Origin: Candidatus Nanoarchaeia archaeon
Lineage (GTDB): Archaea > Nanobdellota > Nanobdellia > Woesearchaeales > UBA583
Length of the DNA stretch: 64,000 nucleotides
Assembly (NCBI GenBank): GCA_050292425.1
Contig: JBNKLP010000001.1
Span: 40,075-104,074, forward strand
Direction of reading: 5' to 3'
Part shown: positions 46,404 to 56,346 of the stretch, piece after piece
Layout of the letters: every line of letters begins with the position of its first letter
How positions within the stretch are numbered: the first letter of the stretch is position 1
Program-made: the position numbers and the translations under genes
The notes under the pieces: generated by a model
Told to the model about the DNA's origin: nothing
Database searches by the model: none
What the model saw: the letters and a program-made list of their open reading frames with translations, nothing else

Positions 46404-48254
46404 TTATAATAGTAAACCAAGTAGTAATAAAACACTTGCAACAACAGCAAACACTCCTTCAGTACTCTTAATCCTATCCATAATCTCTGAAACAATCACT
46501 GCCTTTGATGAACCAGCACCGTCTACTTGCTGAGGGTCTAAACCTGTAATGAAAACATCCATTAAAGTATAATCTCCAAGACCAGTAACATTAAACTCAA
46601 CTGACCAAGTAGTATTCTCATTCATTGTTGGTCCTGGAGCAAATGATGTATTAAGTGCAGTATTTCCTATCAAAGCCCACTGGAACAAAGTTCCATTATA
46701 AGTTCCATTAATTGAAGTATTTGCTGAAGTCACAGTATACCAAGGAGATGCAGCATAACTTCTTGCAGTTCCATTAAATGTTGCATAAACAAAAGGACTT
46801 GTTATATTAAAATTTCCTGGAACAAAATCATAAATAGTAACTGCAGTATCTGCAGGAGTCACCTGATTTCCTTTATTATTAACATCAATCTCAACGTGAT
46901 ACTGATCTTGTGCAATTGAAGTAATATTCTTGTTAATTTCAAGCCAGTAACCTAAAATTAAATAAAGTTCCTTAATGTATATGTCATTTCCATTCTGAGT
47001 CACACTCCTGTCAACCAATTGAATACCATCATTTTGTATTGTGAAATTAACATCCATCCACACTATTGGAGAAGGAACATCCGAATAATTAAACAACCAC
47101 AAACTACTAGACCAAGGAGATGATGAATTAACCAAAACAAATGGACTTGTAGTTGTTGTCAGATTAATTGAAGTGTTGATTGAATCTGTATCAATAGTAT
47201 TAGGATCAGTATATGAACCATTCACATTCCTCTTAGAAACCCAGAAAGTAACACTAGTTAGATTATAAGAAATGTTCGTATTTGTATTAAAATAACCCTG
47301 AACACTCCAAGTCACATTACTTCCATACAAAGTTGCATGTGATGGAGCTACTATTTTTTTTTCAAAATCAAGATCCGCCTCACTAATTGCAGTAATGTCT
47401 ATCACCCTTAATTGTGAAATTGTCTGATTTAAATTATATTTCAAAGTTGTATTAATGAAATAATAATAAGTTGTTGCAGGAATATTCAATGGAGTTGTAA
47501 CATCATAATTAATATCAGTTGCTGAACCTTTATTCAAACATGTACCAGCATTAACATCCCATGCCAATCTCCTATTAGCATTGGCAAAACTCACATTAGT
47601 AGCATCTGTTCCTGCAAGAGTTGCTGGAACAAAGAAAAAATCTTGAAAAACTCCAGAAAAATTAACAGGAATAGTATTTTGGGTAATATTAATATTATAA
47701 ATACAAGTATTAGTTTGATATGAAGCATTGTCAAAAACATTCTGCAAAGTATCAGTCAAAGTCAAATTATCTCCAGCTAATACCTTAGTATCTGAATAAG
47801 CAGTTGTAAAATTTAAAGGAGGTCTTATACTAGTTGTATTTATTGAATAAGTCCAAACTGACTCTTCTCCAGTTCTAAGCTCAGGAATATGCAATATAAG
47901 ATTATTTGAAGAAGGATTACTTGAAATGAAAGTTCCATTTCTTCCAGAAGATAATGTTGGCAAAGTAATGTTTGTTGTGAAATCAAAAGAAACATAAATG
48001 TCAGACATTGTCTTTCCATTAAGATTCTCATTTGAAACATTAATATAACCAGTTAAAGTATAAACAGACTGATTCTCTGTAGTATCAGACCAAATCCCAT
48101 AACTAGCTCCCACATATTTCAATGGATCAACAATAACCTGCTGATCAACATATTCATCAATTGAAACTCTAATTTGCTCCTGAGTCGCATTAACAGCAGT
48201 TGTCAGAAACAAAACTGCAAAAAACGTCACAAGTATTTTTTTTACTAACTCCAT
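46404..48254 (-). CDS. Secreted glycoprotein with GLDP motif and terminal TM helix (candidate major structural subunit)
   Basis: Signal peptide, dense N-x-S/T sequons, C-terminal DUF11-like domain ending FITGLDP plus 43 aa after the Asp. Confidence 0.82.
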   Translation of the reverse strand: MELVKKILVTFFAVLFLTTAVNATQEQIRVSIDEYVDQQVIVDPLKYVGASYGIWSDTTENQSVYTLTGYINVSNENLNGKTMSDIYVSFDFTTNITLPTLSSGRNGTFISSNPSSNNLILHIPELRTGEESVWTYSINTTSIRPPLNFTTAYSDTKVLAGDNLTLTDTLQNVFDNASYQTNTCIYNINITQNTIPVNFSGVFQDFFFVPATLAGTDATNVSFANANRRLAWDVNAGTCLNKGSATDINYDVTTPLNIPATTYYYFINTTLKYNLNQTISQLRVIDITAISEADLDFEKKIVAPSHATLYGSNVTWSVQGYFNTNTNISYNLTSVTFWVSKRNVNGSYTDPNTIDTDSINTSINLTTTTSPFVLVNSSSPWSSSLWLFNYSDVPSPIVWMDVNFTIQNDGIQLVDRSVTQNGNDIYIKELYLILGYWLEINKNITSIAQDQYHVEIDVNNKGNQVTPADTAVTIYDFVPGNFNITSPFVYATFNGTARSYAASPWYTVTSANTSINGTYNGTLFQWALIGNTALNTSFAPGPTMNENTTWSVEFNVTGLGDYTLMDVFITGLDPQQVDGAGSSKAVIVSEIMDRIKSTEGVFAVVASVLLLLGLLL

Positions 48255-48320
48255 TTTACTATTTTAGATATACAAAACTACAACTCAAACAATTTAAATA
48301 TGTTTATTACCACTGCAGGG

Positions 48321-51300
48321 TCAATCAATCCCAACAGTAAACAAGTCAAGAACATTATAATTCCCACTGCCATTCATATTATAACTAATAAAAATACTCT
48401 CTGAAGAGTTCAAACTCAAATTCCAAGTTAAAAGATTTCCCACATAAATTGGGCCTGAAACTACACTAGAACCATTATTTGCAGTATTAAAATTATAATA
48501 AACAAAATTATTCTCAGCAAAATCATACAAAATATAATCTTGCCACTTTCCATTATTTGTCACATTAATATTAATCTTATAAGAATTTTCTCCCAAAGAA
48601 ACAATACCTTTACTCACATTAATGCTTTTATCAGGTAAAATACGAATTGAAACAGAAGCATTTGCAATATTGCCAACACTATCATTTCCAAACACAGTTA
48701 ATGTATGATAACCTCCACTAAGATTCAAAATAACTGCACTCCAATTCAAAACAGAATTATTACTCATCATATAATTTGTTCCATTCAAATCAATCTGATA
48801 CCAAGCAGAATCAACAGCAACATCTGTTGTTGCATTAAGTCCTATTACATCATCATATGCAAACTTGGTTCCACCCAAAGGACTTGTTATATTAATCACA
48901 GGCAAAGTTTTGTTTATATTTACTATTCTTTGTTCACTACAAGCCACATTATTAATTGAATCATTTGCACAAACCTTGTAAGTATAAGCTCCATTCAAAA
49001 GCATGCTCTTGTTAACTGAGCAACTATAATTATAAAGTCCTATGCTCGAGCAACCCAAAGATTCATTAATTCCATTCCACACAAGCCAAGCAGAATCCAA
49101 TGAAAAATCATAAACACTTGCATTAATATAAGTCCAATGCCTATCAACATACGAATTATTTCCATCAGTTGGAGGAATGAAATTAACAACAGGTGGTAAA
49201 AAATCAAATACAACTGTCCTTGTTTCAGTCACATTTACATTACCATAAGTATCATTCACATAAACCTTGTAAGTATAAATTCCTTCAAGTACAATTGTCT
49301 TGTTAAAATAGCAATAATAATCAGGTTTTGAACCAGTGCAAGTCATGCTTTGATTAACACCATCAAATTCCAAAACAGCTGAATCCAAGTTAATCTCAGA
49401 TACAGAAACATTAATCATAGTCCAATTATTTGTAGTTCCACTATTATTTGCAGGTGTTGGCAAAACAAAATCAACCAAAGGAGCAAATGTATCAGGAATT
49501 AACTTGAAGAATGAATAATTATAATTAGAATTATATGAACTCTTATTTTCAAATACAACAACTGAATAATTCCCAACATTTTGTGAAGTACTATCCCAAA
49601 CCCAATTTGTAAAACCAGTAAAATCAGTAATTTTCACTGGAGAAGTTGTAATATATGACATTTGAGAAGAAACAGATCCTGTTGAAGAAACTGAAAAATT
49701 AACCTGTTCAGGCACTGAAACCCAATCAATCCAACCTTTATCAAGACCTGTGCTTACTCCGCCATCCTTTGCATACATAAAACGAATTGTATGTGCTCCA
49801 GGAGTCAAGGAATATGTCTTTAATTGCCAATCAACATTTCCTGAAATTCTATCTGTTCCAGTATCTGTATATACACTACAACTAGCAGCAGCAATATCAA
49901 GACAAAACACAAGATAATCCCAGCCTGCTTCCGAATCAACTTTCCAATAAAAAGACAAAGTCTCACTTTGATTTACTGTGAAAGAAGCGTCCAAAAATGC
50001 CTCATCATCATTTCCACAATTTGAAGAAGGTCCATCTCCAATCTGAACTGCCTGAGATCCTTCATAAAAATAAGTACTCTGAAGAAAAATAGTCTGTGCA
50101 GCGGTACCACTACATCCATTATTTGTTCTCGTCCAAAGTCCTGTATCAAGTGATGCTTGCTCAAACCTATCAAAAATGGGCAAAACCTTGTCTTGCTGAC
50201 TCATAGCTGAAACAGAGGAATTTCCATAATACAATGCAAACTTCCTTTCCTCATCTGCAAACAAATCTGCAAGCCTAATATAAATATTAGTACTTGCCGT
50301 ATTACACCCACTCACAATCCAGTAATCATACATAACTCCATCATTATCAACAAATCTCATGTCAGCGCAAGTTGCTTGCATATCTCCTGCCCCAATCAAA
50401 GTTGCAGTATCAACGGTCAAATTTACAATGACATCAGTCTGATCAATTCCAGTAAGTTCAAAAACATCAAATTCTTTTCTCTTCCCAAACCCACTAAGTT
50501 GCCAAGGTAAAGTTGCATTATCTGCTCCCTCATTTTCTATAACATAATAAGTTTGGTTCGCACCATCTAAAGGCGACCAAAACTTATCCCCAACATATCC
50601 ATCAAAACTAATATCTTCCCCAACAACATAACTTGAATTTGCAGACACATTTGTTGTGGTGTCAAACGAGATTTCAACCTCTAAAGTTCTAGTCTCACTA
50701 GTGTCCGAATTTCCTGCAATAGAGTCATCAACACATAAGATATACCAATTATAGATTCCAACTCCCAATGTCAAATTAAAAACATTCTCCAATCCATTTG
50801 AAACTGAACTTGAGGATTTCTGCAAAACTCCTCCCACATAAAGTGAACAATAATCAATATTTGAGATAACATCATATGGAACATACCTAAAATAAATCAA
50901 TCCATCAGCATCCTTTGAATTATTCTTTGGACTAATCAGACTAATACTAGGAGGAGTTGTATCTGGAGAAACATTCAAATAAAAATAGCCTCCGTCTCCT
51001 ACATAATGATCATCTGAACCATCAACACATTCAACAGTCCAGTTATAATAATTATAAGGCATCGAAAACAAACTAAAATTTTGATCAACTCCTTTTGAAA
51101 CTGAACTATCTGTTTCATTCAAAACACCATTCAAATACAAAGAACAATTATCAATACTGCTCTCATCACTAACATTGTATACAAAAACCACATCCCCATC
51201 AACATCATATGAATTGTTCAAAGGAGTTTTCAAAGTCACAACTGGTGCAATAAAATCATAATTTACTGTAAAATTAAAAATGCTGGAATTTCCAGAATTA

Positions 51301-54300
51301 GAAAAAGGCGCTGTATCAGTACATTCAACATTCCAATCATAATTTCCTTGAGAAATACCATACAAATAAAAATAATTACTTGAAACTTCTGAAATTGAAT
51401 TATTAGTTTGATTCAAAACTCCATTCAAATACAAAGAACAACTTGCAACAGTATAACCATAATCATCAGCAGTATACTCAAACACAACATCTCCATTAGT
51501 ATCCAGACTATTATTGGCAGGAGAAATTAAAGTAATTGCAGGAGGAGTTGTATCAATTTTAATAGTCACATTTCTTGTCACTGACCAACCTATATTTGGT
51601 GTAGAATAATTATCCCAACAGGAAACATTCCAAAAATAAGAAACACCTGTCAGCAACCCTGGAACAAAAAATGAAGTTAAAGCTCCTTCAATCATACTCG
51701 AATTAGTCTGATTCAAAACTCCATCAATATATAATGAACAATTGCTCAACCCCACAAGTTCATCAGTTGCATTAAAAACAAAAGTCACATTTCCATCTGG
51801 ATCCTCAACATCATCAGGAGGAGAAATCAGATTAATAATAGGACCATCAGTATCTGGAGCAACATTCAAACTCAGATTCTCAGACATGACAAAATTATTA
51901 TTAACTGAATCATCATAGCATCCAATTGACCAATTATATACCGCAAAAGGCATTCCTAAAAGATTAATTGTATTTGAACCAAGCTCAGAAATAACAACTT
52001 CTGTTTTATTTAGAACTCCATTAACATACAAAGAACAATTTGTAACTCCCGAATATGAATCAACAACATCAAATACAAAATCAACATTTCCATCAATATC
52101 CTGAGAATTATTTGCAGGTGAAATCAGCACTATGCTTGGAGCAGTATTATCCAAAACCACCAAATCTGCAGAAATATTATAATCAGTAAAAGATGCATAA
52201 TAAAAATCAGCTATTGAATCAACAACACTGCAAGTAACATTATAAACCCCAGGATTTGCATAAGTTTTATTGAAAAAAGCATATCCTGTAGAATTAGTTC
52301 TTGAATACCCTAAATATCCTGAAACATTATCATAAAAATTTACCCTAACATTATCAGCTCCTATTCCCAAAGCCTCATTTTGCACAAAACAAGAAATGGT
52401 AGTCAAACTATCTTCATTAACAGGATTTGCAGAAAAAACAATTGAAGAGAGATTTGCATAATCATACAAATTAAAACTAACTGTTGAAGTAACTCCAAAA
52501 ATTCCTATGTCCTCTGCATAAAACTTCAATAAAATATTTCCCACTGTTGAGAACTCTGCAACATCTGAGGTATTCAAAGTATAATTAGCCCAGGCAAAAG
52601 AAACAGGACTTGCAGAATAATTCACAAAAGATCCATTTCCTTTATGTGAAATAAATGCAGACTCCAACCCATCAGTATAATTCCAAAAAGAATATGCTAA
52701 TACTTTCCCTCCTCTAATTACATTCGAAACATTCACACCAACTAATTCAGGATTAGGGGCAAGTCTATCTAAAATAGTAACATTAAATTCAGTTGCATTA
52801 ATACCATTATCTGGTTCAGACAAAATATTTCCATTAACTAAAACAGGATAAATAGAACCCACACTCCCTGTTGCATTAATGTAAAATGTAACAACCTGAG
52901 ATTGACCATTATTCAAACTGATTGTTTGTGGATTTGAAGAATTTGTCCACAAAGGAGATGACGAGATTATAGGCATCTTTTCAAAAACATAATTACTAAT
53001 AGAAACATTAAAATCATCAATGGCAACATCCCCTCTATATGATCCAATGGCATAATACTCATACCTGAATCGAGTGCTAATAGTTCCAGAATATGAACTC
53101 AAATCCACAGTTCCTTGCAAATATGCATCTCCTTGATTTGCCTGCTGTTGGCCACTTACACCCCAAACTCCCAAATTCCAATCAGTTCCATTATAAACAT
53201 CAACAAACAAATCTCCCATCTCTCCAGCAGCATTTCCAAACATATGATACCAAAAAGTCATAGAACCTCCTGCATCACCTGCTGAAAAAGTAGGTCCCGT
53301 AAGAGTTGCAGTTGTATCTCCTCCATCACAAAATCCTGCAGAAGTTTCTACATAGGCATACCACCCAGCAGCTGTTCCCAAAGTATGATCTACTGTTGGT
53401 CCTGTCTGACCTGAAGGAGTACCTGCCTGATCTCTAGTCCAATCACAGCTTCCTCCATCTACACTCCAATCCCCAAAACTACTCTCCAAATCTTCAAAAT
53501 CAACTAAAGAACTCATAGTTCCAGTTTTTGAAAAAAGCGTAAGATTAATACTACCACAATTCTGCTCATAACAAGTCACATTAACTTCAAGCTTTCTTGA
53601 ATTATTCTGTTTTATATAAAAAGGATCTGCAAAATCTCCAACATAATCCAAAATAACATAAGGGGCACTCACATTCAAAGTCCAATTAGCTCCCAAGAAT
53701 GCTTCATTCTCAGAAACATCTCTCACCAAAACATTCCACTCAAGCAACCCTGCAACAGGCACAGTATAATTAATTTGAATATTCTCAAAAGTAGAATTCC
53801 CTAAATACTGGGTCTGTGTTCCAACTAAAGAACCATCCTTCCATACATAAAGTGTAGCTCTTTCAACCCCATAATCATCTGTCGCATTTGCAGTAAATGA
53901 AATATTCTTGTAAGTTAAAGTTGAACCACTTGAGGGTGCAATCTTGCTTCCACTTGGAGGATTCCCATCAACAATGAAAATTATTTTATCATTACTATGT
54001 GAAACAACTGCTGCTGCACTTGCACTTTGCGCTTGAACATAAATCTTTATTTTATCTCCAACATTCCCTGTTGCATTCAGACTAAAATTAATAATTTGAT
54101 TTGTATTCTGATTCAAATTCACTTGCTGCATCTGCGAACCAACAATCCAAAACGGAGTCGAAGACACATTATCAATCTGAAAACCTCTATCTCCTGTCAG
54201 ATTAATACTATCAAAATACATACCATCAGTTCCACAAACATAGTTGTCATACTGAGTAAACTTAATTGCAAAATTATCATCCAAATAAGAACAAAAATTA

Positions 54301-56288
54301 GGATCGGCAGTAATATCTACAACTCTATTGTACCAAGTATTATCAGTTAAAGATGCAGGATTATAATAATCTAGTTCATACCACTGATTTCCATCACATG
54401 TAAAAAAAGTCCCTTCCCCATTACATGTATCTCCCGTATGATCTCCACATTGATTACTTTCATCTGCAGTATCTGAAACCATGGCATCAATACCTTGCAA
54501 TCTAAAATGCCTAAAATCATAAACACTCTTCAAAACTGATGTCTCATAATTACCATTTAAATTTGAATCAAATCCAATAAAATAAGTTCCTGAACTTGGG
54601 TTCATACCACAAGTTCCTGCTGTCATAAATTGCTGCCTTGCAAACCCATTTGAACTAATAAAATTCCAAAATGATGTATTTAGACTTCCTGCCTCAAACC
54701 CTTCAAAAAAAGAATACCCTTCTACAAGATAATACACCGTCACATTAATATTACCACAATTTCCTGTATTATCACAACTAACATTTACACTTACATTCCC
54801 AATATTATTCTGAAAAATCTTCTGCTGAGAATAATTTGTCAAATCAACATCAAACACATACCCTGCGCCCACTCCTGCATATGCACTAAAATGAGTTACA
54901 TTAAACCAAACAAACTCTCCATTTTGCTCAAACTCAACTCCAGCATCAGTCCATGAACCAAGACATTTTCCATTCAAAATATTATTACATGTCAATATCT
55001 TCTCAACATCGTCTGGCAAATCCTTCTTCAAATAAACAACTGCATTCGAAAAATTAGAAGCTTCAACTATAACAACCTCAGTTTTAACATCTCCTCCAAA
55101 ATTCCTATTTGCAGACTTGAAATCCTTGCTATTCATCACATCAAACTTTTTTACATCATTAAGATTTGAATTTTCAAATTCAACATTTGAATATCTTTTT
55201 TTCAAAGAAACATCTTCACGCCCGTTACTCTTCTTAACATATTTATCCACACTAACACTTAAATTCTCTTCAATATCAACCAGTCTTTGAGGCTTTCTGA
55301 ATGAAACATTGTAAACTTCTGGATTCAAATTATAATGTTTGTAAAACTCAGAAAGTTCATCTTTACTTGAAATCACTTGCCTAACCCTATTATTATTTCC
55401 GCTAATCCCATTTCTTCCCAAATTAAAAAGATTCATTGGAAGTATAGTAATATTCTCATCAAATGAATTCTTCTCCACTTCAAACTCAAATGCCTCACCC
55501 AGAACAATCTCCTTAGGAAAAGTTGAGATTTTCATCTTTCTACCTGTCTCATCACTAACAAATACTCCTTGTTCTTTCAAACTTGTATCCAAAACTTCAT
55601 TCCAATCTAAAATCTCTTCATTCATAGAAACAACCTTAAAAGTTTTCTCAAAACTATCAACACTTGAATAAACCTGCATCACATAATCTCCAAGAAAAAT
55701 ATTTGATTTCAGTTCAAAATTAAAATCACAAATCCCTCCCTGACAACTCAACTCGAAAACTTCTCTATATTCATCATTACCTTTAGGCAATATGTGAAAA
55801 ATATACTTGCTTCCCATTGAAGGGTCTGCTGTTAGCTTTCCAGAAACAAACAAGGACGAATTTGATTCAAGAACATAAAAAGGCTTTATGTCAACTCCAA
55901 AATTTGAATCTGGTTTCTCAAGATTAAAGTTCAATCTCTTCTCATAATACTTTCCAGTATGTTTTGTTCTTATAAGAACATAATAATCATCAAAAAACAC
56001 TCTTCTAAGTTCAATCTTTGTCTCACATACCCTCGAACACTTTATCCTGTCATCCCCAACAATCAGATTCTCTTTTTCATAAACTATCTCAATTTCCAAA
56101 TCCAACTCATCATCAACATGATTTTCAATTTCAAGTATAACTGAATATGGTGCCTTCACATTATTCACATAAGTAATCTTTGCATCAAAAATACCATCTG
56201 AAGTCAAATAAGTCACAGCAGATAGAGAACTCACTAAAAATAGTACAAACAATGCTAAAAACCATTTATCTTCTGCTGGAAATTTCAT
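48321..56288 (-). CDS. Giant secreted adhesin-like protein (2655 aa): charged N-region, HFS motif, MAM, tandem Ig, DUF2341-like domains, C-terminal GID domain
   Basis: Signal peptide; MAM signature (W.R..G.TPS..TGP..DHT.G...Y.YVETS...FWYHM.G...GD.AIDD); repeated D..AP.I.LISP Ig units; DUF2341 pattern; ends FTVGID* with no TM. Confidence 0.88.
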   Translation of the reverse strand: MKFPAEDKWFLALFVLFLVSSLSAVTYLTSDGIFDAKITYVNNVKAPYSVILEIENHVDDELDLEIEIVYEKENLIVGDDRIKCSRVCETKIELRRVFFDDYYVLIRTKHTGKYYEKRLNFNLEKPDSNFGVDIKPFYVLESNSSLFVSGKLTADPSMGSKYIFHILPKGNDEYREVFELSCQGGICDFNFELKSNIFLGDYVMQVYSSVDSFEKTFKVVSMNEEILDWNEVLDTSLKEQGVFVSDETGRKMKISTFPKEIVLGEAFEFEVEKNSFDENITILPMNLFNLGRNGISGNNNRVRQVISSKDELSEFYKHYNLNPEVYNVSFRKPQRLVDIEENLSVSVDKYVKKSNGREDVSLKKRYSNVEFENSNLNDVKKFDVMNSKDFKSANRNFGGDVKTEVVIVEASNFSNAVVYLKKDLPDDVEKILTCNNILNGKCLGSWTDAGVEFEQNGEFVWFNVTHFSAYAGVGAGYVFDVDLTNYSQQKIFQNNIGNVSVNVSCDNTGNCGNINVTVYYLVEGYSFFEGFEAGSLNTSFWNFISSNGFARQQFMTAGTCGMNPSSGTYFIGFDSNLNGNYETSVLKSVYDFRHFRLQGIDAMVSDTADESNQCGDHTGDTCNGEGTFFTCDGNQWYELDYYNPASLTDNTWYNRVVDITADPNFCSYLDDNFAIKFTQYDNYVCGTDGMYFDSINLTGDRGFQIDNVSSTPFWIVGSQMQQVNLNQNTNQIINFSLNATGNVGDKIKIYVQAQSASAAAVVSHSNDKIIFIVDGNPPSGSKIAPSSGSTLTYKNISFTANATDDYGVERATLYVWKDGSLVGTQTQYLGNSTFENIQINYTVPVAGLLEWNVLVRDVSENEAFLGANWTLNVSAPYVILDYVGDFADPFYIKQNNSRKLEVNVTCYEQNCGSINLTLFSKTGTMSSLVDFEDLESSFGDWSVDGGSCDWTRDQAGTPSGQTGPTVDHTLGTAAGWYAYVETSAGFCDGGDTTATLTGPTFSAGDAGGSMTFWYHMFGNAAGEMGDLFVDVYNGTDWNLGVWGVSGQQQANQGDAYLQGTVDLSSYSGTISTRFRYEYYAIGSYRGDVAIDDFNVSISNYVFEKMPIISSSPLWTNSSNPQTISLNNGQSQVVTFYINATGSVGSIYPVLVNGNILSEPDNGINATEFNVTILDRLAPNPELVGVNVSNVIRGGKVLAYSFWNYTDGLESAFISHKGNGSFVNYSASPVSFAWANYTLNTSDVAEFSTVGNILLKFYAEDIGIFGVTSTVSFNLYDYANLSSIVFSANPVNEDSLTTISCFVQNEALGIGADNVRVNFYDNVSGYLGYSRTNSTGYAFFNKTYANPGVYNVTCSVVDSIADFYYASFTDYNISADLVVLDNTAPSIVLISPANNSQDIDGNVDFVFDVVDSYSGVTNCSLYVNGVLNKTEVVISELGSNTINLLGMPFAVYNWSIGCYDDSVNNNFVMSENLSLNVAPDTDGPIINLISPPDDVEDPDGNVTFVFNATDELVGLSNCSLYIDGVLNQTNSSMIEGALTSFFVPGLLTGVSYFWNVSCWDNYSTPNIGWSVTRNVTIKIDTTPPAITLISPANNSLDTNGDVVFEYTADDYGYTVASCSLYLNGVLNQTNNSISEVSSNYFYLYGISQGNYDWNVECTDTAPFSNSGNSSIFNFTVNYDFIAPVVTLKTPLNNSYDVDGDVVFVYNVSDESSIDNCSLYLNGVLNETDSSVSKGVDQNFSLFSMPYNYYNWTVECVDGSDDHYVGDGGYFYLNVSPDTTPPSISLISPKNNSKDADGLIYFRYVPYDVISNIDYCSLYVGGVLQKSSSSVSNGLENVFNLTLGVGIYNWYILCVDDSIAGNSDTSETRTLEVEISFDTTTNVSANSSYVVGEDISFDGYVGDKFWSPLDGANQTYYVIENEGADNATLPWQLSGFGKRKEFDVFELTGIDQTDVIVNLTVDTATLIGAGDMQATCADMRFVDNDGVMYDYWIVSGCNTASTNIYIRLADLFADEERKFALYYGNSSVSAMSQQDKVLPIFDRFEQASLDTGLWTRTNNGCSGTAAQTIFLQSTYFYEGSQAVQIGDGPSSNCGNDDEAFLDASFTVNQSETLSFYWKVDSEAGWDYLVFCLDIAAASCSVYTDTGTDRISGNVDWQLKTYSLTPGAHTIRFMYAKDGGVSTGLDKGWIDWVSVPEQVNFSVSSTGSVSSQMSYITTSPVKITDFTGFTNWVWDSTSQNVGNYSVVVFENKSSYNSNYNYSFFKLIPDTFAPLVDFVLPTPANNSGTTNNWTMINVSVSEINLDSAVLEFDGVNQSMTCTGSKPDYYCYFNKTIVLEGIYTYKVYVNDTYGNVNVTETRTVVFDFLPPVVNFIPPTDGNNSYVDRHWTYINASVYDFSLDSAWLVWNGINESLGCSSIGLYNYSCSVNKSMLLNGAYTYKVCANDSINNVACSEQRIVNINKTLPVINITSPLGGTKFAYDDVIGLNATTDVAVDSAWYQIDLNGTNYMMSNNSVLNWSAVILNLSGGYHTLTVFGNDSVGNIANASVSIRILPDKSINVSKGIVSLGENSYKININVTNNGKWQDYILYDFAENNFVYYNFNTANNGSSVVSGPIYVGNLLTWNLSLNSSESIFISYNMNGSGNYNVLDLFTVGID
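50670..52155 (-). repeat. Five tandem ~99-aa Ig-like repeats inside the giant adhesin
   Basis: Units begin DNTAPSIVLISP, DTDGPIINLISP, DTTPPAITLISP, DFIAPVVTLKTP, DTTPPSISLISP; each has CSLY..GVL and Y.W...C.D; spacing ~297 nt; boundaries approximate. Confidence 0.85.
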
Positions 56289-56346
56289 ACTAAGTATGAA
56301 ATTAGACTTTTACTTTATAAAAATTAGGTATCTATGGAAAGGAGTG

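Noticed and set aside
50670..52155. Tandem repeats as a DGR template/variable pair or CRISPR array
   Set aside because: Diverged in-frame protein repeats; no adenine-specific pair, no reverse transcriptase, no repeat-spacer pattern and no cas genes seen in the window.
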